From assembly GCA_049301715.1 (NCBI GenBank), contig JBAQLH010000021.1, forward strand, positions 1-64,000: a DNA stretch of 64,000 bases, written 5' to 3'. This DNA comes from Anaerolineaceae bacterium. Its GTDB lineage: Bacteria > Chloroflexota > Anaerolineae > Anaerolineales > Anaerolineaceae. Shown here piece after piece: positions 19,492-29,428 of the stretch. Below the pieces are notes generated by a model. That model had not been told where the DNA came from. It made no database searches and was given only the letters and a program-made list of their open reading frames with translations. The position numbers were made by a program, and so were the translations under genes. Numbering within the stretch: the stretch's first letter is position 1; each line of letters starts with the position of its first letter.

Positions 19492-20433
19492 ATGAAAAAG
19501 AAATGGCTCGTCATTAGTTTAGTGTTCATGGTATTGCTGTCTGCCTGCGCCGGCAGTCCAGACAATCAAACCTCTATGGCACTTCCAACCGAAGCACCTG
19601 TTGTAATGGGAGGAGGCGAAAAACAATACGCCGAGTTTTCTGGTATTGAAGAATCTTCCGCTGATTCCGCCAATGAGTCGGTAGACCGCATTGTGATTAA
19701 ACAAGCTTATATCAGCGTATCCGTGGCAGACCCGGCTAAAGCAGTGACCTCCCTTGCCGCCTTTGTCGAAGGAATGGGCGGATACGTGGTCAGTTCAAAT
19801 GTCTGGAACAACTCTGCTTCAGATGGTAGGGAATATGCCCAGAGTTCAATTACTGTCCGCGTTCCGGCTGAAAAGTTGGAAGAAGTGCTTGGAAAAATCC
19901 GGGCAATGGCAGTGGACGCGGAAAATGGGGTTATTTCTGAAAGTGTTACCGGGCAGGACGTCACCTCAGATTATGTCGACTCACAATCACAGTTGCGCAA
20001 CCTGGAGGCTGCCGAAGCCCAACTGGTTGAGCTTCTGGACAACGCCACAGACCTAGAATACACTCTGGACATATTCCGCGAATTGACCAGCATTCGCAGC
20101 CAGATTGAAGTCTTGAAGGGTCACATAAAGTATTTGGAAGAATCCGCTGCACTTTCGTCCGTGTCAGTAGAGTTTGTGGCAGAAGCTTCCATCCAACCCA
20201 TCCAAGTTGGTCCTTGGAAGCCGCAAGGTGTGGCAAAAGAAGCCGTCCAGGCATTAATCAAGGCCGCCCAGGCAGTCGGTACCGGCTTGATTTGGTTTGT
20301 GATCACCTGGCTGCCCTTCCTGATCCCGATTTGGTTGATCGTGCACTTTATCGTCAAAGGCGCTCGTAAACGCAAACTGGCTCGGAAAGCTGAAGAAGCT
20401 GCTGCGGTGCTGGAAAACCAGCCCAAAGCGTAA
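19492..20433 (+). CDS. lipoprotein with coiled-coil and C-terminal TM helices (DUF4349-like)
   Basis: GGAGAAG SD. Signal peptide/lipobox (LLSACAG). Central coiled-coil. Two C-terminal TM helices and a basic tail. The DUF4349 assignment is from recalled family architecture only. Confidence 0.4.
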   Translation: MKKKWLVISLVFMVLLSACAGSPDNQTSMALPTEAPVVMGGGEKQYAEFSGIEESSADSANESVDRIVIKQAYISVSVADPAKAVTSLAAFVEGMGGYVVSSNVWNNSASDGREYAQSSITVRVPAEKLEEVLGKIRAMAVDAENGVISESVTGQDVTSDYVDSQSQLRNLEAAEAQLVELLDNATDLEYTLDIFRELTSIRSQIEVLKGHIKYLEESAALSSVSVEFVAEASIQPIQVGPWKPQGVAKEAVQALIKAAQAVGTGLIWFVITWLPFLIPIWLIVHFIVKGARKRKLARKAEEAAAVLENQPKA

Positions 20434-20453
20434 AGTCAAACGCTGATAATGCC

Positions 20454-20492
20454 AAGAGAGGCTGACCCCAAAAACCAGCCTCTCTTTTGATT
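20454..20492 (+). terminator. rho-independent terminator
   Basis: AGAGAGGCTG-N11-CAGCCTCTCT followed by TTTGATT, between the convergent genes. Confidence 0.65.
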
Positions 20493-20635
20493 CATCAGTC
20501 GTCTGATTGTCTATCTGACCAGGAATAAAGACAGCTTGAGAATCGTGCTCTACTCAAGAGGGAAATGTGTGCCTTGCCATCACCACCAAGTTGCGCAAGT
20601 ATCCTTTCCTCATGCTCTCACAGTTCACAGATTTT

Positions 20636-21586
20636 TTACGGCTGCCACGATGGTGCATAAACCCTTTCCTCATCCGACCGTTTTAATAATTCCTTCAAAT
20701 TCCCTGACTTTACGTCAATAAGAAAAAGACTCCCTCTGGATGAATTGCTTTCAATGACTATTTGCCGCCCATCGGGTGACCAGGAAAAAGAATTATTTTC
20801 GTAATAGATCGGTTCAGACAGTTTCCGAAGCTTTGTGCCGTCTTGATTCACGACATAAAGCGCAAAATTATTATAATTTCCATCCCGTTCAGAGAGGAAA
20901 GCTAATTTTGACCCATCAGGAGACCATTTCGGGGTGATGTTCGCCCAAATATCCTCAGTGAGAGCAATGTCGCTTGAACCATCCAGGTCTTTCACATGAA
21001 TTTGGCTCGAACCATCGTTGCGTTCCCTTTGCTCTTCCAAAGACATGTAGGCAAGGCGTTTTCCATCAGGGGACCAGGCAGGAGTCTGATAGAAAAAATC
21101 ATATGATGGCTCTGTGAATTGAGAAATCTCCTTGTCTTCCAAATTCAAGATTCGCCACCACCAAAGCCCTTCCCCGTCAGAGGTTAGGAAAGCAATTTGA
21201 TCGCCATCAGGGAGCCAAACTGGCAAAATGTTGTTATAGTCAGAGGTCAGTTTTATCGGATTGTTTCCATCCTCATCCATAATGTAGATCTGACTGCTGC
21301 CTGCACGGGTGGAGGCAAAAGCAATTTTCTGCCCATCTGGAGACCAGGAAGGAAGTGAATCATTTGCCAAGTCATTGGTAATGTTAATCAAGTCGCTTCC
21401 GTCTGGACAGACTGTGTAAATGTCCGAATTTGTGTCAGTAGATATGACAAAAGCTATTTTTTTACAGCCTTCTGAATCCAAAGGTGTTTGCGTAACCGAA
21501 TTGCTGGTATTTGCCTGTCCACATCCCGCCAGCACTATCCCCATTACGAACACCCAAACCAGATTATATTTTTGATTGGCTTTCAT
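20636..21586 (-). CDS. TolB-like beta-propeller lipoprotein (PD40/WD40-like repeats)
   Basis: AAGGAG SD. Signal peptide with lipobox (LAGCGQ). Repeated SWSPDG(Q/K/R)xIAF / WSPDGS motifs typical of PD40 repeats. Confidence 0.7.
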   Translation of the reverse strand: MKANQKYNLVWVFVMGIVLAGCGQANTSNSVTQTPLDSEGCKKIAFVISTDTNSDIYTVCPDGSDLINITNDLANDSLPSWSPDGQKIAFASTRAGSSQIYIMDEDGNNPIKLTSDYNNILPVWLPDGDQIAFLTSDGEGLWWWRILNLEDKEISQFTEPSYDFFYQTPAWSPDGKRLAYMSLEEQRERNDGSSQIHVKDLDGSSDIALTEDIWANITPKWSPDGSKLAFLSERDGNYNNFALYVVNQDGTKLRKLSEPIYYENNSFSWSPDGRQIVIESNSSRGSLFLIDVKSGNLKELLKRSDEERVYAPSWQP

Positions 21587-21862
21587 TTTTTCTCCTTTGC
21601 TGTGTTCTAGCCAGGTTTGTCCTAACCTCCCCTTTATTCATCCTGACTCCGTCACCATTATAGGAATAAAAATTAGTCTACCATAAAAGTAATTTGGTTC
21701 AATTCACAGCAAAATGATAGTTCTTGAAAGCTCTTCTTTCGCAACTGCTTTGAAGTCTGGGGAACTTGGTGCGTTTATCACCAGGTCATAACTGGAAAAC
21801 CATTATCTGAAGGTCGGGAACAACTTGCAAAATAAACGGGGAGGCAAAATCTCAATAGAACG

Positions 21863-24205
21863 CTAACTAAATTTAAATTCAAAATTGGTCCTGCCAGAGG
21901 AAACCAGAGGAATCTCAAGAATGCTACCCTCTAGCATGGACCAACACACATCTTTGTCATCCTGCAAAACTTGAATAGGATCCTGCGGGCAGTAAAGGTA
22001 AATCCTTCCCTGCACTTTACGGGTAAAGTCCAGACTGAAGCTCAGCACTTCCGCATTCCTATGCCAAGACTTTACCTCAATGCCCTGAGAAAAATGCAGA
22101 TCGCTCCCCAGGTAAACTGGCTGGGTCCCAAGCGGATGTAATGCCAGCAAACACACCCCGTGGGCAGGCAAGCTGTCAATCTTGATTTCCTCTGCAGCCG
22201 TGTAAATCTTCCCGCTCCAATATTCCCGGGCGATCCAGGCTTGGCTTACACGCAGCCCCCACTCCTCCAGTCTGATCGTCAGGTCAGCGGAGTGGTCTTC
22301 CCAGTTGAAAGCAGCCAGCAGCGGGTATTCACCGGCTGTGTTACTTAATACCTGCTTGACCTGGCTGGGAATGGGACGCTCGAAACGATCCAATACCTGC
22401 GGGTTGGAGGGGATGATCGGAATCAAAGATTGGGCTATGCGCAGTCGCTCCGCCGGCAGTTTGGTCAGATCATCCGAAATCAACAGGGCACCGCTGGTAA
22501 TGCCAATGACGGTTGCCAGGGATTGCACTTCAGCCAGTGTAAGCTGACTATCAGGGCGCATCAACAGGCAGTCGGGGTCATTGCCCCACCAATAGCGGTC
22601 CATCTCAGAACGCGTCAGGATGTTTTGAATCGCATTCCTAGCGCTGGGCATGCTGGGTTCTTCTTTGAACGGTCTGGAAATCCGATTAAATTCCGGTGCC
22701 CAGGTCGGACTGACGTCTTCGCTGATGCGCATTAAGTCCACGATCCCAAGCGCTGATCCCAGTGGGCAGCCGCAACCCAGCAGGGCGGTCTCCTGCCCGG
22801 CTTCCTGGCGGATAATTTCCAAGCCTCTGCGCAGAACCTGCGCCCGGGTTTGTGTAGGGTCGTGGTAGCGCCCTCCCAAAGCGGCCGCATAAAGGAAATC
22901 CAGCTTAAGGTAGGGGAAGCCCCATTCCTGGACGGCAGTCCGAATTACGGTTTGAACATACTCCAGCGCCTCTGGCTGGGTAAGATCCAGAGCTGTGGCA
23001 AGGTTGTTCCAGGCAAACCCGGCATTGACCGGTCTGCCAAATCTGTTGCGTAATAGCCAGTCCGGATGACGCTTAATCATGGGTGATCCCGCTTGGACAA
23101 TAAAAGGCGCCAGCCAGATCCCAGGAGTCAGCCCGGCAGCCTGGATTTCTTTTGCCAGGGGCTGCACTCCTTCGGGAAACTTATCGTTAAACTCCAGCCA
23201 ATTACCCACACTCTGTTCAAAGCCATCATCGATCTGGACAAGGTCTAGGGGCAGCTCAAAGTGCATCTGGTTGACTTTTTCCAGGTTTTGACGGACGTCT
23301 TGAGCGGTAACTTTCTCAAAATAGTAATACCAAGAACACCAGCCCAGCGGTGTTTTTTCAGGCAGGCGCACCCTATTTTCCCGTTTTACAGCCTCAAAGA
23401 AGGTTTGAAAAGGATGAGGGGCACTTAGGCTGATGAAAGCATAGGCTGCCCAGTCTGTTTGCAGGGTCTGACCAGGGCGCAGCTTGGCGTTGTCAGCATC
23501 AGCCCACATAGCCAGAGTTGGCTGCGGGCTAAAGCGGGTTTCGAGCGAGCCAAACTGCTGGTTCTGTGAAAGAAAGCCGGCGACCAAACCTGCCCGCGAA
23601 TCCAAATCACCCAGCAGAGCAAACATATCAGATGCAAAATGGTTCTTTTCTTTTGGCACAGGCGTGCCCGGATTGAGGATCATCGGGTTAGAAAGCGGCC
23701 CCAATCTTGAGCGCTGTTGGCGCTCACCCAAGCGGTAGGCTCTGGAGGGCGACCAGGATTGCCAGCCGTTGGAAAAGAAAACCGGTTGAACCCCCGGATT
23801 CTGGCTCAATTGAATGCCCCCAGCGGGCAGATCACAAAAAGTCAGCCGATCCGGGAAAACTGGCAGATTATCCCGGTTGGTTAATGCCATTTGCTGCAGC
23901 ATCAGCGGTTGTTCCCGCAGCAGCCCCAGGCGCAGGGTCAAGTCGAAGGCACCGGTTCTGTTTTGAAATGTCATTTCGATCAGGTCCAGCAGACCGTGTA
24001 AAGTCTCCGTTGGAATTGGTCCCTGCACCAGGATTAGAGGCAATTCTTCAGTCCACCAAGAAAACCATCGGGAACCAATTCTGATCTTCAAGCCACTGCG
24101 GGCATTCCTGACCCAGGCGAATTCGTTTTCAAGATTGACCAGTGAGAAATACCCCTGTTCCGGTTCGACGACAAGTTTCAGCCAGGGGTTTTCCAGCTCA
24201 ATCAT
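21863..24205 (-). CDS. glycoside hydrolase, GH36-like alpha-galactosidase (clan GH-D)
   Basis: 780 aa. Motifs GWCSWYYYF, LVQIDDGFE and YLKLDFLY match the melibiase/GH36 catalytic TIM barrel. No signal peptide. Confidence 0.6.
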   Translation of the reverse strand: MIELENPWLKLVVEPEQGYFSLVNLENEFAWVRNARSGLKIRIGSRWFSWWTEELPLILVQGPIPTETLHGLLDLIEMTFQNRTGAFDLTLRLGLLREQPLMLQQMALTNRDNLPVFPDRLTFCDLPAGGIQLSQNPGVQPVFFSNGWQSWSPSRAYRLGERQQRSRLGPLSNPMILNPGTPVPKEKNHFASDMFALLGDLDSRAGLVAGFLSQNQQFGSLETRFSPQPTLAMWADADNAKLRPGQTLQTDWAAYAFISLSAPHPFQTFFEAVKRENRVRLPEKTPLGWCSWYYYFEKVTAQDVRQNLEKVNQMHFELPLDLVQIDDGFEQSVGNWLEFNDKFPEGVQPLAKEIQAAGLTPGIWLAPFIVQAGSPMIKRHPDWLLRNRFGRPVNAGFAWNNLATALDLTQPEALEYVQTVIRTAVQEWGFPYLKLDFLYAAALGGRYHDPTQTRAQVLRRGLEIIRQEAGQETALLGCGCPLGSALGIVDLMRISEDVSPTWAPEFNRISRPFKEEPSMPSARNAIQNILTRSEMDRYWWGNDPDCLLMRPDSQLTLAEVQSLATVIGITSGALLISDDLTKLPAERLRIAQSLIPIIPSNPQVLDRFERPIPSQVKQVLSNTAGEYPLLAAFNWEDHSADLTIRLEEWGLRVSQAWIAREYWSGKIYTAAEEIKIDSLPAHGVCLLALHPLGTQPVYLGSDLHFSQGIEVKSWHRNAEVLSFSLDFTRKVQGRIYLYCPQDPIQVLQDDKDVCWSMLEGSILEIPLVSSGRTNFEFKFS

Positions 24206-24852
24206 GGCCGCTCCCAGACTCGTAAAACATCCGCAAAAGCGATGGGACCTTCCCGTAGCAGAACGGGCTTTTCAGCACTGCCATCAATGATGGTTGAAGC
24301 TTGTCCCCCACTCAGTGGCCCACCGTCCAACACCAGGTCCACCCTGCCGGAAAGTTGTTCTATTACCTCAGCAGCAGTCTTGGGGTTGTCTTGCCCGGAT
24401 AAATTGGCGCTGGTGACAGCCAGAGGGCCAAACTCCTGGAGCAAGCTCAGAGCAAAGGGATGCGCCGGCATGCGTACCGCCAAACCGGGATAGGGGGTCA
24501 ATACTTCCGGCAGTTCAGCTTTTTTTGGCAGTACCAGGGTCAAAGCTCCCGGCCAGAAGTGTTCCATCAACGCCCTGGCTGCTGGAGGAACGATCTCGAT
24601 GACCGCGTCCAATTGGGTTGGTGCACCAACCAACACAGGAATGGCTTTGAGTGTTGACCTACCTTTTGCTTTGTAAATCTCCCGCAAAGCGCTTGGATTC
24701 CAAGGATCGCAAGCCACCCCATAGAGTGTGTCGGTGGGAAAGACGATCAACTTGCCATCCTGAAGATACTCACAGGCGGTTCCAATTGCAGAGGAATCAC
24801 ACACCGGCATAAGCAAAGTCTGTTTCTTCTGCATGTCAGCCTTCCAATTCAA
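24202..24852 (-). CDS. tsaC: L-threonylcarbamoyladenylate synthase (TsaC/YrdC)
   Basis: YrdC/Sua5 fold motif VFPTDTLYGVACDP...KGR. 216 aa. 4-nt overlap with the downstream GH36 gene. Confidence 0.8.
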   Translation of the reverse strand: MNWKADMQKKQTLLMPVCDSSAIGTACEYLQDGKLIVFPTDTLYGVACDPWNPSALREIYKAKGRSTLKAIPVLVGAPTQLDAVIEIVPPAARALMEHFWPGALTLVLPKKAELPEVLTPYPGLAVRMPAHPFALSLLQEFGPLAVTSANLSGQDNPKTAAEVIEQLSGRVDLVLDGGPLSGGQASTIIDGSAEKPVLLREGPIAFADVLRVWERP

Positions 24853-25720
24853 TGTGAACCAGCCGATCTCTGTCGGTCAGGTCCTGCATTAGGGTGATCT
24901 TCCCTTCCGGAAAGTACCGCTGCGCCAGGCAATTCGTCTGTCTGCCCAGGGTGGCTTCCGTCTCAAGCAGGATCAAGCCAGGTCGCTGTATAACCTGCAG
25001 GGCTTGCTGTAAGCACCTCCGAATCAACTCCAATCCATCCAGTCCGCCATCCAAGGCGGACACAGGTTCATATGGCAGGCTGTTGACTTCCGCAAGTTTG
25101 TCGGTGGGAATATAGGGCAGGTTGGCGCAAACCAGGTTGCAGGAGGCAATTGAAGGCGGGATCAAATCAGCTTCGACGAAACTGATGTTTTCAGCAACCT
25201 TGTGGGTTTGAGCATTGCGCTTGGCAACAGATAGTGCCTGGGCAGAGTTATCCGTGGCAGTAACACAAAGCCTTGGGCAGTGCACCGCCAGACTGATGGC
25301 AATGCAACCGCTGCCGGTGCCCACATCCAAGGCGGTTTGAGCCACAGGGTGGTCTTTGAGCCACAAAAGCGCCTGTTCCACCAGCAGTTCAGTCTCAGGT
25401 CGGGGGATCAGGACGGTAGGGTCAACCTGGAAATCTAATCCAAAAAATTCCTGCCTGCCGACCAGGTAAGGCAGGGGCTCCCCCGCTAAAAGGCGTTCAG
25501 ACAGTGTGTCTGCCTGATCAAGCTGATCAAAGGCGAGAATTACTTCAGGATGAGACAGAATCCAAGTTTTGGATTGACCCAGAACATAAGCCAGTAAGAC
25601 CAGGGCGGTTTCGTTAGGATGATCCAGACAGGAAGCCAGTTTATCCGAGAGCAGATGTAATTTGCTGGCAAGGCTGACATCAGTCATTGGTCTCAAAATG
25701 TGCCAGTCGGTCTGCTTCAT
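24836..25720 (-). CDS. prmC: release-factor glutamine N5-methyltransferase (PrmC/HemK)
   Basis: SAM motif [10 protein letters not shown] and the N(L)PYI substrate motif. Overlaps prfA. An internal Met at 25687 is an alternative start. Confidence 0.8.
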   Translation of the reverse strand: MKQTDWHILRPMTDVSLASKLHLLSDKLASCLDHPNETALVLLAYVLGQSKTWILSHPEVILAFDQLDQADTLSERLLAGEPLPYLVGRQEFFGLDFQVDPTVLIPRPETELLVEQALLWLKDHPVAQTALDVGTGSGCIAISLAVHCPRLCVTATDNSAQALSVAKRNAQTHKVAENISFVEADLIPPSIASCNLVCANLPYIPTDKLAEVNSLPYEPVSALDGGLDGLELIRRCLQQALQVIQRPGLILLETEATLGRQTNCLAQRYFPEGKITLMQDLTDRDRLVHIELEG

Positions 25721-26762
25721 CTGCCAACTGCAGTTCGGTGATGAAGGTATCCAACTCGGTGCCGTTCATCACACCTGCCAGGTTGTACGAAGACAGGTTG
25801 ATGCGGTGGTCGGTCACACGCGACTGTGGGTAATTGTAGGTGCGGATTTTTTCAGAACGCTCCCCTGAGCCAATCTGGGAACGCCGGGTGGCATCCTGCT
25901 CGGATTGCCGCTTTTGTTGTTCCATTTCGTATAAACGCGCCCTCAGAACGCCCATGGCACGCAATCGATTTTGGAGTTGGGAGCGTTCATCCTGGCAAGC
26001 CACTACCAAGCCAGTAGGCAGGTGAGTGATACGCACAGCAGTCATGTTTTTCTGGACGTTCTGCCCGCCAGCCCCGGCTGATTTATATACATCCACCTGG
26101 ATATCCGAGTCAGGAATGTCAATTTCTACTTCTTCCACTTCAGCCAGCACAGCCACGGTCACGGTAGAGGTATGGATGCGGCCTTGTGATTCCGTTTCAG
26201 GTACGCGCTGAACGCGGTGGACCCCCGACTCAAACTTGAGCCGGGAATAAGCCCCTTTACCTTTGACGGAAAAAGTGATTTCCTTTAAGCCGCCAATCCC
26301 CGTCTCGCTGGAAGAAAGAATTTCAGTTTTATAGTGCCGTAAATCGGCGTAACGCATATACATACGGAACAGGTCCGCTACAAACAAACCCGCTTCGTCC
26401 CCACCCGTACCGGCTCGAATTTCCATAATCACATCACGGTTGTCCCGCGGATCTTTAGGAACCAGCAAAGATTTAAGTTCTCGCTCAAGTCGGTCTTGCG
26501 CTGCGGAAAGCTCATCCAATTCCAACTGAGCCATGTCATGAAGCTCTCCCATAGTTGTAGAGATCAGTTCTTTTGTTTCCGCCAGCTTGCTGAGAATGGA
26601 TTTGTATTGGCGAGCCAGCGTTACGACAGGTTCCAGTTCGGAACGTTCCTTGGAAAGTTCCGCCACCAGCTGATAATCCGAACCTGCTTCTGCCAGTCGG
26701 CGATCGAGCTCAGTGAAATGCTCCAAGATTGTATCGAGTTTATCTTGTATTGGTGTATCCAT
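25680..26762 (-). CDS. prfA: peptide chain release factor 1
   Basis: GGQ motif ([11 protein letters not shown]) and PxT-type recognition region. ATG at 26762. Confidence 0.9.
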   Translation of the reverse strand: MDTPIQDKLDTILEHFTELDRRLAEAGSDYQLVAELSKERSELEPVVTLARQYKSILSKLAETKELISTTMGELHDMAQLELDELSAAQDRLERELKSLLVPKDPRDNRDVIMEIRAGTGGDEAGLFVADLFRMYMRYADLRHYKTEILSSSETGIGGLKEITFSVKGKGAYSRLKFESGVHRVQRVPETESQGRIHTSTVTVAVLAEVEEVEIDIPDSDIQVDVYKSAGAGGQNVQKNMTAVRITHLPTGLVVACQDERSQLQNRLRAMGVLRARLYEMEQQKRQSEQDATRRSQIGSGERSEKIRTYNYPQSRVTDHRINLSSYNLAGVMNGTELDTFITELQLADEADRLAHFETND

Positions 26763-27061
26763 AATGTTGCGGGGGAGATTATACCACCTCAGCGTTCGCA
26801 CTTATTAAGGAATTTATATGGGATGGATTTGCTGGGAAATCCATCGTGTTGAATTAATGCCCGGTAAAGATCAAGTCCAGTTTCATGGGCAAAGTACTGG
26901 GTGATGACAAAGATAAACTCTTTGCGTTGAAGAAGCTCATGAATATTACCTGGTTCAATTATAGTTGGTCAACTTGTCAGCGCATTCAGGGCACGGGCAG
27001 CGCAATTGAGAAAATACCTATTGGCAGATTGACACGCAACCAATTTTTTTGTCAATTTTTT

Positions 27062-27090
27062 TGTTTAAGCTTTGGTTTTTTTGATATAAT
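27062..27090 (+). promoter_or_regulatory. sigma70-like promoter with extended -10 (TGATATAAT) for the EF-G-like gene
   Basis: -35 TGTTTA with a 17-nt spacer, extended -10 TGATATAAT at 27082-27090, in an AT-rich tract. Implies a ~85-nt leader. Confidence 0.4.
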
Positions 27091-27180
27091 ACAGCTTTGG
27101 CATCATTCCAAGCCGTTGCCAGACATCATCATCCGTCAATTGCCAGGGCATTTGGCGATAACATAAGGAAGGTCATATCA

Positions 27181-29247
27181 ATGAAAGAATTCTCGACAAC
27201 CTCTGTACGAAACATTGTGCTTGCGTCTCACAGCAATTCCGGCAAGACCATGCTTGCAGAAGCATTCCTTTATTTCACCGGCGCCACCACCCGTTTGGGA
27301 AAAATCGAAGATGGCACAACCGCATCGGACTATGAAGACGAAGAGCACCGCCGCGGGATTTCCATCTTCACTTCAGTCATCCCAGTGATTTACAAAGACC
27401 TTAAACTTAACTTGCTGGATACACCGGGGTATAGTGATTTTGTCGGGGAAGTTGTCTCCGCCATGCGTGTGGCTGATTGCGCCCTGATATTGGTGGATTC
27501 AGTCGGCGGTCTTGAGGTCGGTACAGAAGTTGCCATGCAATATGCCAGTGAATTCAATATACCCCAGATCATGGTTATCAATAAGATGGATCGTGATAAT
27601 GCCAATTTCCAGAAAGCACTTGCTTCCGTCCAGGAACAGACTGACTTTCGCCTGATCCCAATGCAGCTTCCCTGGGGTGAGAAAGGTGATTTTCAAGGTG
27701 TGATCGACCTGGTCAGTATGAAAGCCTATCAAGCTGAAGGTAAAACTGCCACCGAAATTCCAGCGGAATACCAGGCTGAAGCTGAAGAAGCCCGCTTGAA
27801 ACTAATTGAAGTGGCTGCCGAAGGTGAAGACGCCCTGCTTGAAAAGTACTTTGAAAACGGCGATCTGACCCCGGATGAAACCCTGCAAGGCTTGCACAAA
27901 GCCATCCAAACCAGTAACGTCACCCCTGTTTTGGTCGCTTCGGGCGGTCATATGATTGGGATTGCCCCGCTTCTGGATGCATTGATCGCCCTGGCACCCT
28001 CACCGGCGGAACGGCCTGCTGCAGTTGCCCAATCCCCCAAAGGAGAAGTCAAACTGGAACTTTCCGATTCCGGTCCGCTGGCTGCTTACGTCTGGAAAAC
28101 TACCGCAGACCCCTTCGTCGGGCGTCAGACCTTTTTCCGGGTTTACTCCGGTGCCATGACCTCCGACACCCGTGTCTGGAACGCAACTAAAGGTGAAGAA
28201 GAACGTCTGGCTGGCATGCAGGTGCCTTTTGGCAAAGAAAACCATCCGGTCAACGTCATCCACAGCGGTGATATCGGTACCGTAGCCAAACTCAACCTGA
28301 CCACCACTGGCGACACCCTAACCACCAGGGAACAAAACCTGGTACTGCCGGCACCTGCCTACCCTCACGCGCTCTATCGCGTTGCTCTCAGCCCCAAGAC
28401 CCAATCCGATGCTGCCAAACTGAGCCAGACACTGACCCGTTTATGCGAAGAAGATATGACTCTTTCATGGCGGATGGAATCAGCCACCCACCAGACCCTC
28501 TTGTTCGGAATGGGAGATCAGCATATTGATGTGGCAATCCGCCGCGCTGAATCCAAATTCCAGTTATTTATCACCTTGTTAGAACCCAAGGTGCCTTACG
28601 AGGAGCATATCACCAAGGAAGCCAGTGCCATGTACCGCCATAAAAAGCAGACTGGCGGCTCTGGCCAATTTGGCGAAGTTCACCTGAAAGTCTTCCCAAT
28701 TAAAGACGAGGACTTTTCCTTCTCCAACGACGTTTTTGGAGGTGCCATTTCCAACAACTATATGGCTCCAATCGAAAAAGGCATCCGAGCTGTGATGAAA
28801 GATGGCGTTGTAGCCGGTTACCCGGTGCATAATGTCGGAGTCTCCGTTTTTGACGGCAAGGAACACCCGGTTGACTCAAAACCAATCGCCTTTGAAATTG
28901 CCGGGCGTGAAGCCTTCAAACTGGCATTCAAAGACGCCAATCCGGTCCTGTATGAACCTATTATGAAAGTAACCGTCACCGTACCAGAAGCCAATATGGG
29001 TGATGTTTTAGGCGATATGAATACGCGCCGCGCTCGCGTTCAGGGCATGGATACCGCTAAAGGTCGTTCAGTCGTAACTGCCACGGTTCCCTTGGCTGAA
29101 ATGATGCGCTACACTACCACTCTGCGCTCCATGACCGGTGGCCGTGGTTCCTTCAGCATGGAATCCGACCATTACGACCTGGTTCCGAGTTACCTGACGC
29201 AGGAAATCATCGAAAGCCGCCAGAAGGAACTAAAAGAAGAGGAATAA
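27181..29247 (+). CDS. elongation factor G paralogue (EF-G-like translational GTPase, divergent G-domain)
   Basis: ATG at 27181 with AAGGAAGG SD. All five EF-G domains are present. G1 is SHSNSGKT; G3 is DTPGYSDF, where the canonical catalytic His is replaced by Tyr; G4 is NKMD. Confidence 0.8.
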   Translation: MKEFSTTSVRNIVLASHSNSGKTMLAEAFLYFTGATTRLGKIEDGTTASDYEDEEHRRGISIFTSVIPVIYKDLKLNLLDTPGYSDFVGEVVSAMRVADCALILVDSVGGLEVGTEVAMQYASEFNIPQIMVINKMDRDNANFQKALASVQEQTDFRLIPMQLPWGEKGDFQGVIDLVSMKAYQAEGKTATEIPAEYQAEAEEARLKLIEVAAEGEDALLEKYFENGDLTPDETLQGLHKAIQTSNVTPVLVASGGHMIGIAPLLDALIALAPSPAERPAAVAQSPKGEVKLELSDSGPLAAYVWKTTADPFVGRQTFFRVYSGAMTSDTRVWNATKGEEERLAGMQVPFGKENHPVNVIHSGDIGTVAKLNLTTTGDTLTTREQNLVLPAPAYPHALYRVALSPKTQSDAAKLSQTLTRLCEEDMTLSWRMESATHQTLLFGMGDQHIDVAIRRAESKFQLFITLLEPKVPYEEHITKEASAMYRHKKQTGGSGQFGEVHLKVFPIKDEDFSFSNDVFGGAISNNYMAPIEKGIRAVMKDGVVAGYPVHNVGVSVFDGKEHPVDSKPIAFEIAGREAFKLAFKDANPVLYEPIMKVTVTVPEANMGDVLGDMNTRRARVQGMDTAKGRSVVTATVPLAEMMRYTTTLRSMTGGRGSFSMESDHYDLVPSYLTQEIIESRQKELKEEE

Positions 29248-29269
29248 GCCTTCTTTTTGTACAAGATAA

Positions 29270-29302
29270 ACGACCACCCGAACTGGGTGGTCGTCTTTTT
29301 TA
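29270..29302 (+). terminator. rho-independent terminator
   Basis: ACGACCACCC-GAACT-GGGTGGTCGT followed by CTTTTTTAT. Confidence 0.65.
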
Positions 29303-29428
29303 TGCTGCTTGATAATTCCTGGAATTGGTTCGGGGTTGGGAACAAAAGAGTCTTCCACAGGGTAAAAATTTGCCTGCCAGTGCGATGCCGGTCACAGGCC
29401 GAGCTTCCCAGTTCTGATAAGGTATGGA

